Shown here in pieces: positions 10,264-21,026 of a DNA stretch of 64,000 nucleotides; the stretch's first letter is position 1; every line of letters starts with the position of its first letter. This stretch comes from Mayamaea pseudoterrestris (taxonomy: Eukaryota), in contig BROI01000009.1 of the NCBI GenBank assembly GCA_027923505.1, positions 310,001-374,000 on the forward strand, written 5' to 3'. Both the position numbers and the translations under genes were made by a program. The notes beneath the pieces were generated by a model. That model searched no databases. It was not told where the DNA came from and was given only the letters and a program-made list of their open reading frames with translations.

Positions 10264-12322
10264 ATGGAGTCACGCTTAGAGGACCTGACCCAACTGCGAG
10301 ATCGAATGCAGGTACGTTTCGCCAAAAATGGACAGCGAATGGAGATAGACCGCCGCGAAAGCCAAAATTCTGACTGTGAACCTAACGATGCAGTGCTCAT
10401 TTTTCCCACATCAAGCTCGACGACACTCGAAAGGAATTGCAACGAATGATGAAAAAGAATATTGGTCGTCCTCGCGAGTCGCTCGAAGGAATCGCAGAGA
10501 AGATTGCGTAAGTTGCTATGCTTTGCTTGACTGTCGTCCAAGCAACAGAATTTACCGACGAATGCCTTACAAATGCCGTTGCCCTTTTCCGTAGCCAACT
10601 CGAACGCGACCGCACCATTCATGCTATGCCTCTTGCAATGGAAAAGAAATTTTGAAGGAAATTTTCAAGGCAGAGAATAATAAGCGCACCATTGAAGAGC
10701 TTCACGCTCAGGACGAGCGTATCAAGGCTGGGAAGGCTCGCGTTGCCGAGATGCCTGTCTCATTACAGACTATGCGACATGAAATTGATACGCTACGTGC
10801 CGAAGTCCTTTTTACTAGAACTGCTGTTCAAGTGCGTTGTAGCAAGGAGCCGCTCCTTGGCATGAAACTGGCATGCCCGACCGAAAAGGTTGGTGGCTTG
10901 ATTGGACGGAGGGAACAAACTTTAAACAACTCATGAAGCAGGCGTCTTTTCGTATGGAAGTAGTCGACTCGGAGATTCGACTTTGGATGCGGGCTGCAGT
11001 CAGTATCAGTAAACTAATTGAGGCGAGGAATGAAGAGCTTGATCAGAAGCCAGCGCTGGCAGCATACTTGACTGCGCGTATAATCACCCTGCTGCAATCG
11101 CTGCAGGCAAAGCACCCAAACGTACACATTCATCTGCCGCGAAACCGATCAAAAGTGATTTTAAGAGGCAGTGATGAAGACATTGCGGCCATTATGCAGG
11201 AGCTCGCCACGATGAACTCAAAGAAATGACGTTGCTGCTGGCGAGTTATCAGGCTGCGTGCATTATTGGCAAAGGAGGTCAGACGATTAATAGGCTAATA
11301 GAGCAGCATCAAAATACAATTAAGGTCAATGACAAGTGTGACGAGGAGTCGACGTTGACGCTAGCTGGGTTTGATGCCAACGTCCAGCTTGCGCACGACG
11401 AGATTCCAAATTTGCTGATACGCGCGAGGGCGTAGAATCTGTTGAGATCAATCAAGCGGCAAAATTCATTCTACTCAAGAATTATGGGATCCTTATGAAA
11501 GAGCTTTACAAGAAAGCCAACTTGCACGCACGTAACGTGGGCGTCGTCGTTAAACTTTGTATTGCCGGCAATTACGTTGTCACACATGGCGCGAGCAAAG
11601 ATTAGGATGCAGCAAAGATCGTTGTCTTAGCCGAAATTAATCAGTTGGAGAGAAAGAATGACTGTCGACAAGTTAATGATTCCTAGAATTATTGAAGGGG
11701 ACGGGGGGTAGTTTGAAGTCGCTCACTGAGGGTACTACGGTAGAGATCGACTTTGACACGGACAATGGAGCTTTGGCACTCATCGGAAATGAAAAGGAAG
11801 CAGTCTACAAGATCAAGTCTGCTATTAATGAAATCGTAGACCAGAACCAGATCTGTGGTGTCCATTCGCGGGCTCTCGTCCGACATTGAATACGTCATCG
11901 CTTTACTCAATGAGCATTTGTTCGGACACAATGAGATTCAAATGGTCGCTTCCCCTACAGAAGAACCAGGTACCGGGCATCGCTGGCGCAAGAGGTGCTG
12001 TCATTGATAGCCCTGGTAAAGGAGTTTGGCGAGTTAATATCGGTCAAAAGGAGTCAGCTGCGAAGAACTCCGGTGTAATCGATGAGATCAAGCTAAAACG
12101 GACTACTCGCGTCAAGCTTATGAGAAATCTCCAATGGAGTACAAGCCAGAGCCAAGTGTACAAGGCGCATGCTTTCCTCCTTTGCCTGGAACGCCTGATC
12201 GAAGTGTATTAACTGCTTTGACGAGTGAGAGTATTCCGGAAGAAGCTGGGCACGTCTTCCGACGAAGACGGAGCGTCCTGATCACTTTCCTCTCGTCGAA
12301 TTCGCAGCACCACCCGCGATAA
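10264..12322 (+). pseudogene. Degraded gene for a coiled-coil + multi-KH-domain (vigilin-like) RNA-binding protein
   Basis: KH GxxG loops lie in different frames (KVGGLIG, AACIIGKGGQTINRL, MIPRII..GGSLKSL, VPGIAGARGAVI). There are at least 5 frameshifts and an in-frame TAG at 11603-11605. Two canonical introns remain (10312-10415, 10508-10594). Confidence 0.8.
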
Positions 12323-12926
12323 TTCGTACACATTAATTAACCATTCTGATGGCCATACTCCTGTATTTGGTTTTTTACAACGTACTGGGGGCACCGCAGC
12401 AAACAACTTCGCGACTGCATCAAGCCATTTGACATCCTTTGCACAGTCTACCATAGCTGAATACATGCTTCAACACGAGTATCATCCGTTACGCTCGCAC
12501 GGAAAACACTTACGCGAGGCTGTCGGTATGCATTATCTTCAAGCAACGAGATGGTCAGGAAGTGCGATGAGCTGCTTGACTGGCCAAGAAGGGAATATCA
12601 CTTTCTGCATGGCCCCAAAGTGTCGTAGTATCCAGGCTGCTCGTGTAGGTGCCCATTTGTCATTTTGACACAACAATTGATTAAGAACGGCTTCCTACGT
12701 TTAGTCGCACCGCTCGCAAGTCGCAGAGTCGAGGGACGTTGGTGACAAGGAGACTACGGTAATAGGCGCCAGCCAAGCATCTTGCAGTTCATGACATAAA
12801 GCATTTGAAGCAGGTCACTGGATCAGCAGTGAACGATATATGGATCTCTTGCATTTTTCCGAATACGTTGTCAAGGCCAACCCAAAAGTATAAGCATCAA
12901 AGAACAATTTAGTGTTAATGGATCAG

Positions 12927-14711
12927 TTACACATTAACCGAATGATTCTTGTTGTCCAATTGCGCCAAGTACTCTTCACTACCAAGGTGCAATAGATTAC
13001 TGCTTTTTTCTAGGACCATGTCCTTTAATTCGAGCTGGTATTCCATCATCTTTCGCCGAAGTTCTGGCCGACTAGTTGATAAGACGCGAACCGCCAGCAA
13101 ACCTGCATTCATGGCGTTTCCGATCGCGACAGTGGCAACGGGTATCCCGCGAGGCATTTGCACAATGCTGTAGAGTGAGTCGACGCCGCTAAGCGTCGAC
13201 GTCCTGACGGGCACACCGATGACTGGAAGAGGCGTCATTGAGGCTAACATGCCAGGTAGATGAGCCGCACCTCCCGCGCCGGCAACAATGACACGTAGTC
13301 CACGTGCTTCAGCAGTTCTGCTGTACTCCATGAGCTTGTCAGGAGTCCGATGCGCTGATACAATATCGACTTCGAAAGCGACTCCAAACTTCTTCAGTAC
13401 GTCCACAGCCGCACTCATAGTGGGTAAGTCGCTATCAGATCCCATGACGATGCCGACAAGTGGTATAGATTCAAGTGTACCGCCAGGTAACAGTGTTTTG
13501 GGTATAGCTTCTAGCGCCAAAAGCTCGCCGAGAAATCCATCGATCTCCGCGTGCGAATGCCCAGTCAAGTTGATGTGTCCCATTTTCCTGCCAGCTACAT
13601 AAGATTTCGAGTACCAATGGACGACCGCCCTAGGCATATGCATGGCTGCGTTCGTACTCTTAATCGTGTCTTCCATTGTGCCAGAACGGGAGCCCAGTAT
13701 ATTGACCATCGCAGCAGCTTCAACCACCATTTCCGTGGAACCCAACGGTAAACCACAGACTGCTCGTAAATGATTTTCGAACTGACTAGTGACGCATGCG
13801 TCTTGAGTGTAATGTCCGGTATTATGCGGCCGTGGCGCGACTTCGTTCATCAAGACTTGTCCAGTCATTGTCACAAACATCTCAACACCAAAGACCCCTG
13901 CCGCTCCGTCACCCAGTGAGTCAACAGTCTTCACCGCAAGTGCTTGCGCCTCTTCCCGAACTGATGCAGACACGCCTCTGGCAGGGCACAGGACGACGCG
14001 GCAAACGGAGTCCTGTTGGATTGCATTGACGCAGGGATACGAGGATGTCATCTGGTTCGTCTCACAACTGCGCACCACCATGACCGCAATTTCGCTAGCA
14101 AAGTCGATCCATCCTTCCGCATACAAGTCGAGAGACTCGTCATATATATCCTTTATGCCTAGTTCAATCAATGCTGCAGCGATACTTTCCTGGTCGTCAG
14201 TTTTAAGAACAGCATTTCCACGTCCATCATATCCGCCACGGCGCGCTTTAAGCATGAGCGGGAGTCCGAGACGTTTGGCTGCTTCTTGTATGCCAGCAAT
14301 TGATTTGCACTCTACAAAACTGGGCAGTGGAATGGAGTGCTGTGCGAAGTGCATCTTCTGCTTGTACTTGTCCTGTATAATATGCAAGACGCGTGACGAC
14401 GGCCGAACTTTGATCCCGTTTCCTTCCAATTCTTCAAGTGCCTCGACATTCACATGCTCAATTTCGACCGTCAACACATCAGCGTCATTTGCAAACTCCT
14501 TGATCTTCTCTGCACTTTGAAGGGATCCTTCCATGATGCAATGTGAAGGAACGGTGTTGGCGGATGGACAATTTGTTCCAGACGGATCAAGAAATCTCAT
14601 GGCAATGTTAAGACGCGGTGCTTCCAGCGCCATCATGCGCCCCAGCTGACCGCCACCGATACAGGCGACGCGAATGGGCTTGTCAAGGGATAAACTTTCC
14701 ATGGCAGGCAT
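12927..14711 (-). CDS. ADE2: Phosphoribosylaminoimidazole carboxylase, PurK-PurE fusion (ADE2 type)
   Basis: The PurK ATP-grasp part has [28 protein letters not shown] and GRKMGH. The PurE part has [28 protein letters not shown] and [14 protein letters not shown]. Confidence 0.97.
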   Translation of the reverse strand: MPAMESLSLDKPIRVACIGGGQLGRMMALEAPRLNIAMRFLDPSGTNCPSANTVPSHCIMEGSLQSAEKIKEFANDADVLTVEIEHVNVEALEELEGNGIKVRPSSRVLHIIQDKYKQKMHFAQHSIPLPSFVECKSIAGIQEAAKRLGLPLMLKARRGGYDGRGNAVLKTDDQESIAAALIELGIKDIYDESLDLYAEGWIDFASEIAVMVVRSCETNQMTSSYPCVNAIQQDSVCRVVLCPARGVSASVREEAQALAVKTVDSLGDGAAGVFGVEMFVTMTGQVLMNEVAPRPHNTGHYTQDACVTSQFENHLRAVCGLPLGSTEMVVEAAAMVNILGSRSGTMEDTIKSTNAAMHMPRAVVHWYSKSYVAGRKMGHINLTGHSHAEIDGFLGELLALEAIPKTLLPGGTLESIPLVGIVMGSDSDLPTMSAAVDVLKKFGVAFEVDIVSAHRTPDKLMEYSRTAEARGLRVIVAGAGGAAHLPGMLASMTPLPVIGVPVRTSTLSGVDSLYSIVQMPRGIPVATVAIGNAMNAGLLAVRVLSTSRPELRRKMMEYQLELKDMVLEKSSNLLHLGSEEYLAQLDNKNHSVNV

Positions 14712-15095
14712 ATAAAACACTTGCTATGAAAGAAGCAGACAAGGAGCTTGCCTGTCGAACACAGATTATTTAGTGGTTGTCGGGTCGATGGTCCATGTCA
14801 TGTTGTCGCACCGTGGTTCTTAACTGCATTGTCGCAACGCAACTCCAAGCTAACCCATCAACTGTAAGTCCAAACATACGACACAATACTACGGATCTCG
14901 CAGCTGGCTGCTGAGCGCAGTGCCATGGCAAGTGCATATATAATTCAAGTACTTTTTATTCTATTAAAATATTTGATCGTTGCTGCACACTTAAAGGTCA
15001 CGCATATGAACGTGCTATGTAAACAAGCTGCGACTTCGAAACAGCAGGAGGCCTATCGTATTCTGTGTTGTTGGATATCTACCAAATTTACTATT

Positions 15096-16252
15096 CTAAT
15101 CACCTCCAACGCGCCGGACCTTGTCCAAAACACCGGCGTTCCCCATGACATCACTCAGTCGCCCAGTGCGAGATGCAGTATCGCCAGTGGCCAGGTTCCG
15201 TCCGCTCGCATATCCTCCCTGCCGCAAAGTAGGGTCTGCTTCGTAAGCTGCCTGGCCTTGAGCGGCCTCGTGTATGTTTCGCTTGCGTCGCTCGTCCATC
15301 TCCTTTCGCAACCAATGCTCTGCAATTGCCAGCATCGTTGCCGGGTGGTTCTGGGCTTGTAGCTGCTGGTGAAGTTCGAGATCCTGAATCTTTCCTTGCC
15401 ATCCACAACTGCCTTGATCGGTCAAGTAATACAGATGCGACGCCCAAGCGTTTAAGCCGTCGAAGATATGAGTTGCATAGATGATTGTCGCTCCTCGCTC
15501 ATCAGACTCGCGGACCAACCATCGCAACAAATCCTGTCGGACGCAAACATCCAAACTCGTCGTCACCTCGTCGAGCAGCAACACTTTGAACGGACGAATA
15601 AGTCCAAGGAAAATTTGCACGCGTCTCCGTTGACCGTCGCTCAACTGATGCATCCTCCAATTAACATCAATTCCAAGCATGTCCAAGAGCTCCTCCCGCC
15701 TTTCCGGGTAACTGGCCTGCAGCTTCTCCATCATATTGCTCACAGCTATATCAGCCATAAGCGGGACAGCAGATCCTACAAAAGCAACCGTTCGCATGCC
15801 CCAATCACAGTCCAAATAAGCGCGATGAAAATTGAGTCTTGTGTCGTGAAAGGCATTCAAACCAAGGACCTTTACCTCGCTATCATTGGCGCGTGCCAAG
15901 TGACGACCAGCAAGAATCTTCATAAGCGTCGATTTGCCTATAGAAGATAAGAATATAGTTGAGTAAAACGAATTGTTAGTGTGCAGGCTTTCCGTCGTGA
16001 AAAGTCATGAGTTTTGCAAAAACTTCGCTCACCTGACCCATTGGCACCAATCAACAGGCACCTAGAGCCCTTTGTGAGCTGCAAGCCACAGTTCTTGAGA
16101 ACAACTTTATGGTCTATCGTATCCAAAGTGCTCTGTCCTGCACTCGTCGCGTAGCTGAAAGTTAAATTCTTCACATCAATTGCGTAGTCGCCATATTCAG
16201 GAATGTCTGGTAGCGGCTTGACCTGGAGAGCAGCAGTGTTTGTGCCCGTCAT
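15096..16252 (-). CDS. Soluble ABC ATPase, ABCI/CAF16-like; 2 exons, intron 15938-16032
   Basis: Walker A GANGSG|KST is split by the intron. Also present are the LSDGQRRRVQ signature, Walker B LLLDE and the H-loop YATHIFDGL. There is no TM domain. Confidence 0.92.
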
Positions 16253-16456
16253 GTTGCCGCTGGCAAAGGTAAATGTGGTCAGTAGGTTTCAACCTTCAAA
16301 CTATGAACGAACACCGGCTAACACGATCTGCCTGCTCACTGTCATCGTTTCTGACTACCCTCCTCATTCAAGGGCCGGAGGAACGTGACAAAATCGAGAA
16401 GCGAAAGCATCGTCATGTGCGAGGTGGACTCCTTTTTAAATTAAAAAAACGGACGC

Positions 16457-16470
16457 ACGTCATGACGTCA
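16457..16470. promoter_or_regulatory. Overlapping TGACGT/CRE (bZIP-type) palindromes in a divergent promoter
   Basis: ACGTCATGACGT (perfect 12-bp palindrome, 16457-16468) overlaps TGACGTCA (16463-16470), between the divergent ABCI and DUF2061 genes. Confidence 0.45.
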
Positions 16471-16718
16471 CTGTGACGCGATCACGAGGTCTAAATTTCG
16501 GCGTCTCGGCGTTCCGGTCCGATGCCTTGCAATAACAAACACGACCTCGTTCGACGCAGGGGAGATGAGGTTCATTCGTGCCGCGCAAAGGAGTACTTCC
16601 GCTTATGTAGCGTAGAATTCCTACCGCGCTCCACGCCGAGGAAGCAAGTTCGATAACGACCATCGAACAACTTTCACTTTCGATCGAGCACGTTGCCATT
16701 GGACCTCATCGCTATCGA

Positions 16719-17489
16719 ATGACAATGAAGACTCTATCTTTATTTCTATTTCTTGTTGTAACTACATCATTGCTGCATGTGTCAGAGAGCTTTTCCGCTC
16801 GTGCACCCATGACAATGGTGTCGCTTCGATTGCCATCGTTTGGCAGATCGACCCACTTGAACATTGCATCGACGGCCGATGACAACATTTCTACGAGGTA
16901 CCTCCGAGAGATTGAAAAGAAGGAAGCTGTACTATCTAAACGTCGAGAAGAAGCCATGGCAAAGCTTAGCCAATATGAGGAAACGCTAAGTAAATTATCG
17001 GAGAAGAAGGCGGAATACTTGGCAGCGTCGCAAGTGGCTGAATTGCCGGACGGTGGCTCCTTTTCGGAAACGACAATGCGTAGCGTCGTCAAGGCATTTC
17101 TTTGGCGCATCGTGGCGGGAAGCATTACGTTTGTCGCGACATTGCAGTTTACTGGGAGTGTTACCTCGGCTATACAAGTTGTCATGGGTGATTTCTTTTC
17201 CAAGGCTTTTACCATGTTCCTTGGAGAACGGTTAATGAACAGAAGTCAAGCAGGTCGTAAGAAGGGAAGTGATGCCGCTGGAAGATCTCTGGCTAAGGCT
17301 TTGATTTGGAGGCTGTTTGCTATCTGCAACACCCTCTGCCTGGCAGTCTTTGTCACCAAGGACATGAATGCTGCCGCCAAGGTAGCGTCGGTTGACGCTC
17401 TCATCAAGACGGCGCTTATGTTTTTCTACGAAAGGGTTTGGGCCAGGATCAATTGGGGGAAAGAGTTTCTTATTGACTTTGCAATATAA
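16719..17489 (+). CDS. Plastid-targeted membrane protein with two DUF2061-like domains
   Basis: Signal peptide with SES-FSA cleavage site, transit peptide and coiled coil. Repeated RS(V/L)xKAxxWR motifs (RSVVKAFLWR, RSLAKALIWR) and C-terminal YERVWARINWG. Confidence 0.85.
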   Translation: MTMKTLSLFLFLVVTTSLLHVSESFSARAPMTMVSLRLPSFGRSTHLNIASTADDNISTRYLREIEKKEAVLSKRREEAMAKLSQYEETLSKLSEKKAEYLAASQVAELPDGGSFSETTMRSVVKAFLWRIVAGSITFVATLQFTGSVTSAIQVVMGDFFSKAFTMFLGERLMNRSQAGRKKGSDAAGRSLAKALIWRLFAICNTLCLAVFVTKDMNAAAKVASVDALIKTALMFFYERVWARINWGKEFLIDFAI

Positions 17490-17945
17490 GGAGATACTTT
17501 GAAGAGTTTGAGTGTGTGGTTGCCTGCATTTGGTTGAGCGCGATTGGGAGGCGTGCGCTACAAATTTTAATTGCAATATAATTCGCTTATGCGTTAGTGG
17601 AGTTGTGCATTATTGATATAGGATTTGAATAACATAATGGTCCAGGTCGCCACAGGCACGTCGGATAGCGTAAACTCGTACATCGCATCACATAGCCTCC
17701 CCGACCAAATCAAATTTCCCAAGCAGATCGAAACTAGCCACACTCTTCTAGGGCAATCGTTTCGCGAACATTCCGTATAATAATGTCATCGGATGGTTCA
17801 GCGAGAAAGCTATCATCGCCCACAATACACATTATGATGATTTAAATGCAGATAGATCGCGCGATTACTATGTTTCGGTATGTGCTGAGTGTTCGCGTCA
17901 CCTCGCAATGTGTTATGTACAATATGTCGCTTATCTGCGTGATGC

Positions 17946-19182
17946 CTATCCCATGACACCAATAGAGCCGTTGTAATTTTGATGGACCATGACAGGTTGG
18001 CCCTGCACTTCAATTTCTGTTTCGATTTCAAGCACGAAATGAGTCACGGAGGCACCGTCCGATCCAACCGGCGACACTCGGACTACACATTTTGGCATGT
18101 CCTTGGCCGAGTTCATCTTGATGGCTTGCAGATGCAGACTGCTCAGCGTGAAGTTATTGTCCTTGGAATGAAGCGTGGCTGCTGCGGCGTCATCAAAGAA
18201 AATCTCGTGCAACGGTTGGCCAAGAGCGGTAGTGGACGGAATGCCCGTCATGCGCGAGTATGCCGCGTTGACGTGAACAACCGAATACGGCGCAAAGCCT
18301 AGGACGACGACACTGTATAGAATGAAAAAAAGGAAACTGTAAGACGTACCCTCGTAAACCTTGTAAATCATTTGTTCGGCGGTAACATGATACATACCGA
18401 GCTTGGTTGCTGAGCGCAAGGGCGCTGCCCAAGTTTACAACCGAGGTCTTGTTTCCGTTAGCAGATTTTGTTGCCGCTGCCATATCGTCACCTCCGTCTT
18501 GGATGCTGCCATCACCACCCTCCTCGCTATCAGAAATGGAGCTAGCTGAATTGTAAGCATCCTCGCTTGGACTGTTGCATTCGTTGCCTTGGTCCGGTCG
18601 AATACTTCTCGTGTTTAAGGAAACATCGGCGGCGGACGAACCACTTTTTTCGTAGACGCGGCTGGTGGAGGTGAGCAGGGACGACATCATAGTGTGCCAG
18701 TAATCAGTCTCAAATGGAGACGAGTATTTTGTAGGTAGCAAAAAGGGCGACTCTTTAACGTCGTAGGCTCGGATGAGAGTCACTTGGCTCAAATCAACCG
18801 TCTTACCCGCCTCGGACAAAAGACAAGGCATATCGCCGCATAGTTTTTTATACGGCAAGTTTCCTTGGCGCATGTCTTGCTTCGCAGTATGTGCCGCGTA
18901 GTTTCGCAACATGACCTTCTGTTTCTTTCCCGTTGGGCAAGGCGAATGAATAATTGGAGTGTAACGCTTCTTGTTAGATGGACCGTTTCCCATGTCGATC
19001 TTGGAAGGAACTTGCTCGTTGCTTTCACCCTTGTTAGAAAATTCCTCGTTGTCACCCGAGTAGCCGTGTGTGGAGGCGTTGGTGGACGATCGTGTCGCGG
19101 ACTTGCTGTCGCGTGAGCTGTTCATTGCGCTGGCGCTGCAGGACGATCCACCCATGAGGCGGAGTGAGAGTTGGGAGACCAT
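17946..19182 (-). CDS. Low-complexity protein with C-terminal PAS-like domain; 2 exons, intron 18313-18397
   Basis: The spliced segment ALALSNQAR|VVVLGFAPYSVVHVNAAYSRMTG...ALGQPL...VRVSPV...VTHFVL has the PAS pattern. Confidence 0.72.
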
Positions 19183-19721
19183 TTTTAATGATTTAATATG
19201 GAGAGAGGCGATCGAGTTGCTGGGATTGGTTGTTGGTTTTGTGTGTTAAGGATGGCAAGCGACGACCAAGAATGGTGTTCAACAATTCGTGCGGCTCCTT
19301 CGACGTGGTTTGATGTTCCGTTCGTCATTGCCTTTTCACGATCGTATTCCGAACTTCAATGCGAAACGATAGGTGAAACTTCAATGATGTCATGAGAGGG
19401 CTTCGCTTTAATGAGTGAGCAGAATGACGGTCGGCTTCGCTGTCCACAGCAACTGACGCGACACATTCCATGCAGGGTCCTAGCTATCCATGCATATCCA
19501 AAAAACCATGATTTCTTAATTGAATAGAGTACTCGTAGTGTATTACGGATGCAAGAAACATAGTTTGTACTAAATAATAGATTAGTACCAAGTTTTATGT
19601 ACAAACCAATGTTTCTGTAGTATGTAAGCACCGCTACATACCAGCAGCAACTCAAACTCAATGCCCTTCGACGATTACTGGCGCGTGTGATACCACGGCG
19701 ATTCTCAGCAAAAAAAGCTTT

Positions 19722-20501
19722 TTAACCAAAGTCAAAGCTTGGTTCAGTCGTCGCTTGACCGCAAGGTAAAATGTTAGTTGGAGAACGGCATCTGACCGAC
19801 GACCCGCGCATTGACTGACTGGCATTCCCTACTGCCATGAAAGCATTAATAGAAGTTTCGAAAACCACGGGCGGAGGACATCGCAAGATGCGTATGATAT
19901 CGATGAGAGAGTCGCCCAATCGACGAATCGGAGTCCAGTTGGCAAGAACGACAGCAGAATCCCCAATCAAATGGTTGCTGTGACCTCGCTCCGCGCAGGC
20001 CCAAACCCCCGCTTGCAATTCGTGCAATTCGTCCGTGATGACAATCGATTCAACTCGACGCGTTACTATAGAGTTTGCTGCATATTGTAGGTAATGAGGA
20101 TCTGGGATTACTGGAGAGTAATCAATTGGCATGACTTTCGGCGGGCGATGAGGATATGCCCTGGGAACAAGCAAATGAACCTGCGCTCCAACGTCGGATA
20201 TGTATAAAATCAGCTCGGATGGACATATTCCATGACGCAATAAGCAATTCTCATAAGCGTAGGAGCCATCTCGCGTCTGTCGCCAGCCTTGCGCATCCAC
20301 CAAATACTTCAAGTCGCGACGCAGACAAATTTCTCCGGGCGACGACGTGTTTAAAACTCGGACTCGCTTTAATGATCGCGCCAAACTATTTATAGCTTCT
20401 TCATCGCTTCCATTTACCGAAGTTGCAGCATCATCAGTTTCGTCCATTCGTCTTTTCTGTTGGCAAGACGCGCAACCTCTTGCCATAGGTGTTCGCAGCA
20501 T
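19722..20501 (-). CDS. UBC-fold (E2-variant/RWD-like) protein
   Basis: Has EICLRRDL, VPRAYPHRPPKV and WTPIRRL motifs of the E2 fold. No HPN or catalytic-Cys motif is evident. Confidence 0.6.
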   Translation of the reverse strand: MLRTPMARGCASCQQKRRMDETDDAATSVNGSDEEAINSLARSLKRVRVLNTSSPGEICLRRDLKYLVDAQGWRQTRDGSYAYENCLLRHGICPSELILYISDVGAQVHLLVPRAYPHRPPKVMPIDYSPVIPDPHYLQYAANSIVTRRVESIVITDELHELQAGVWACAERGHSNHLIGDSAVVLANWTPIRRLGDSLIDIIRILRCPPPVVFETSINAFMAVGNASQSMRGSSVRCRSPTNILPCGQATTEPSFDFG

Positions 20502-21026
20502 GGTCAAGGATCCGATGTTGCCGGCCGAACTTGTCGTCGGGCTGCGGCTGTTCAAAATTTGTGATCGCAGTCAATAATACCACGAATAAGTTACCGGTAG
20601 AGCGCTGCGAGATGGTTCCACTACCGTAGAAAAGGCAAACAGCGGATCGCAGACAATGAGCGCAAAATCAAACAAATCCGCAACGACTGGTATCCCCAGC
20701 TGTAAGTATTCACAAATCCAGCTATGTCATTAGTTTATAGTCAGTACATATACGGAGTACATACATTCTGCTGCGATCGCCAAGCCAAATAGTCAGCATT
20801 TGATCAACATTAGATGTGCACTGGTTTGCCGACAGAAATGCTTCTACGTGGATTGGCTATGTCAACAACAATCCAATCCTTTTACGAATGGCTGTATAAA
20901 TGTGTAGTGCTTTCGACTTGTAAGCAGTTGCATAACCTCCACAATTCCATCTTCCTAGTCGACGCTCGTGTGCATACAGCTGTCAACAGAATGTTAGTAG
21001 TAAAAGACGTGTTGGAAGTCGGGTTT

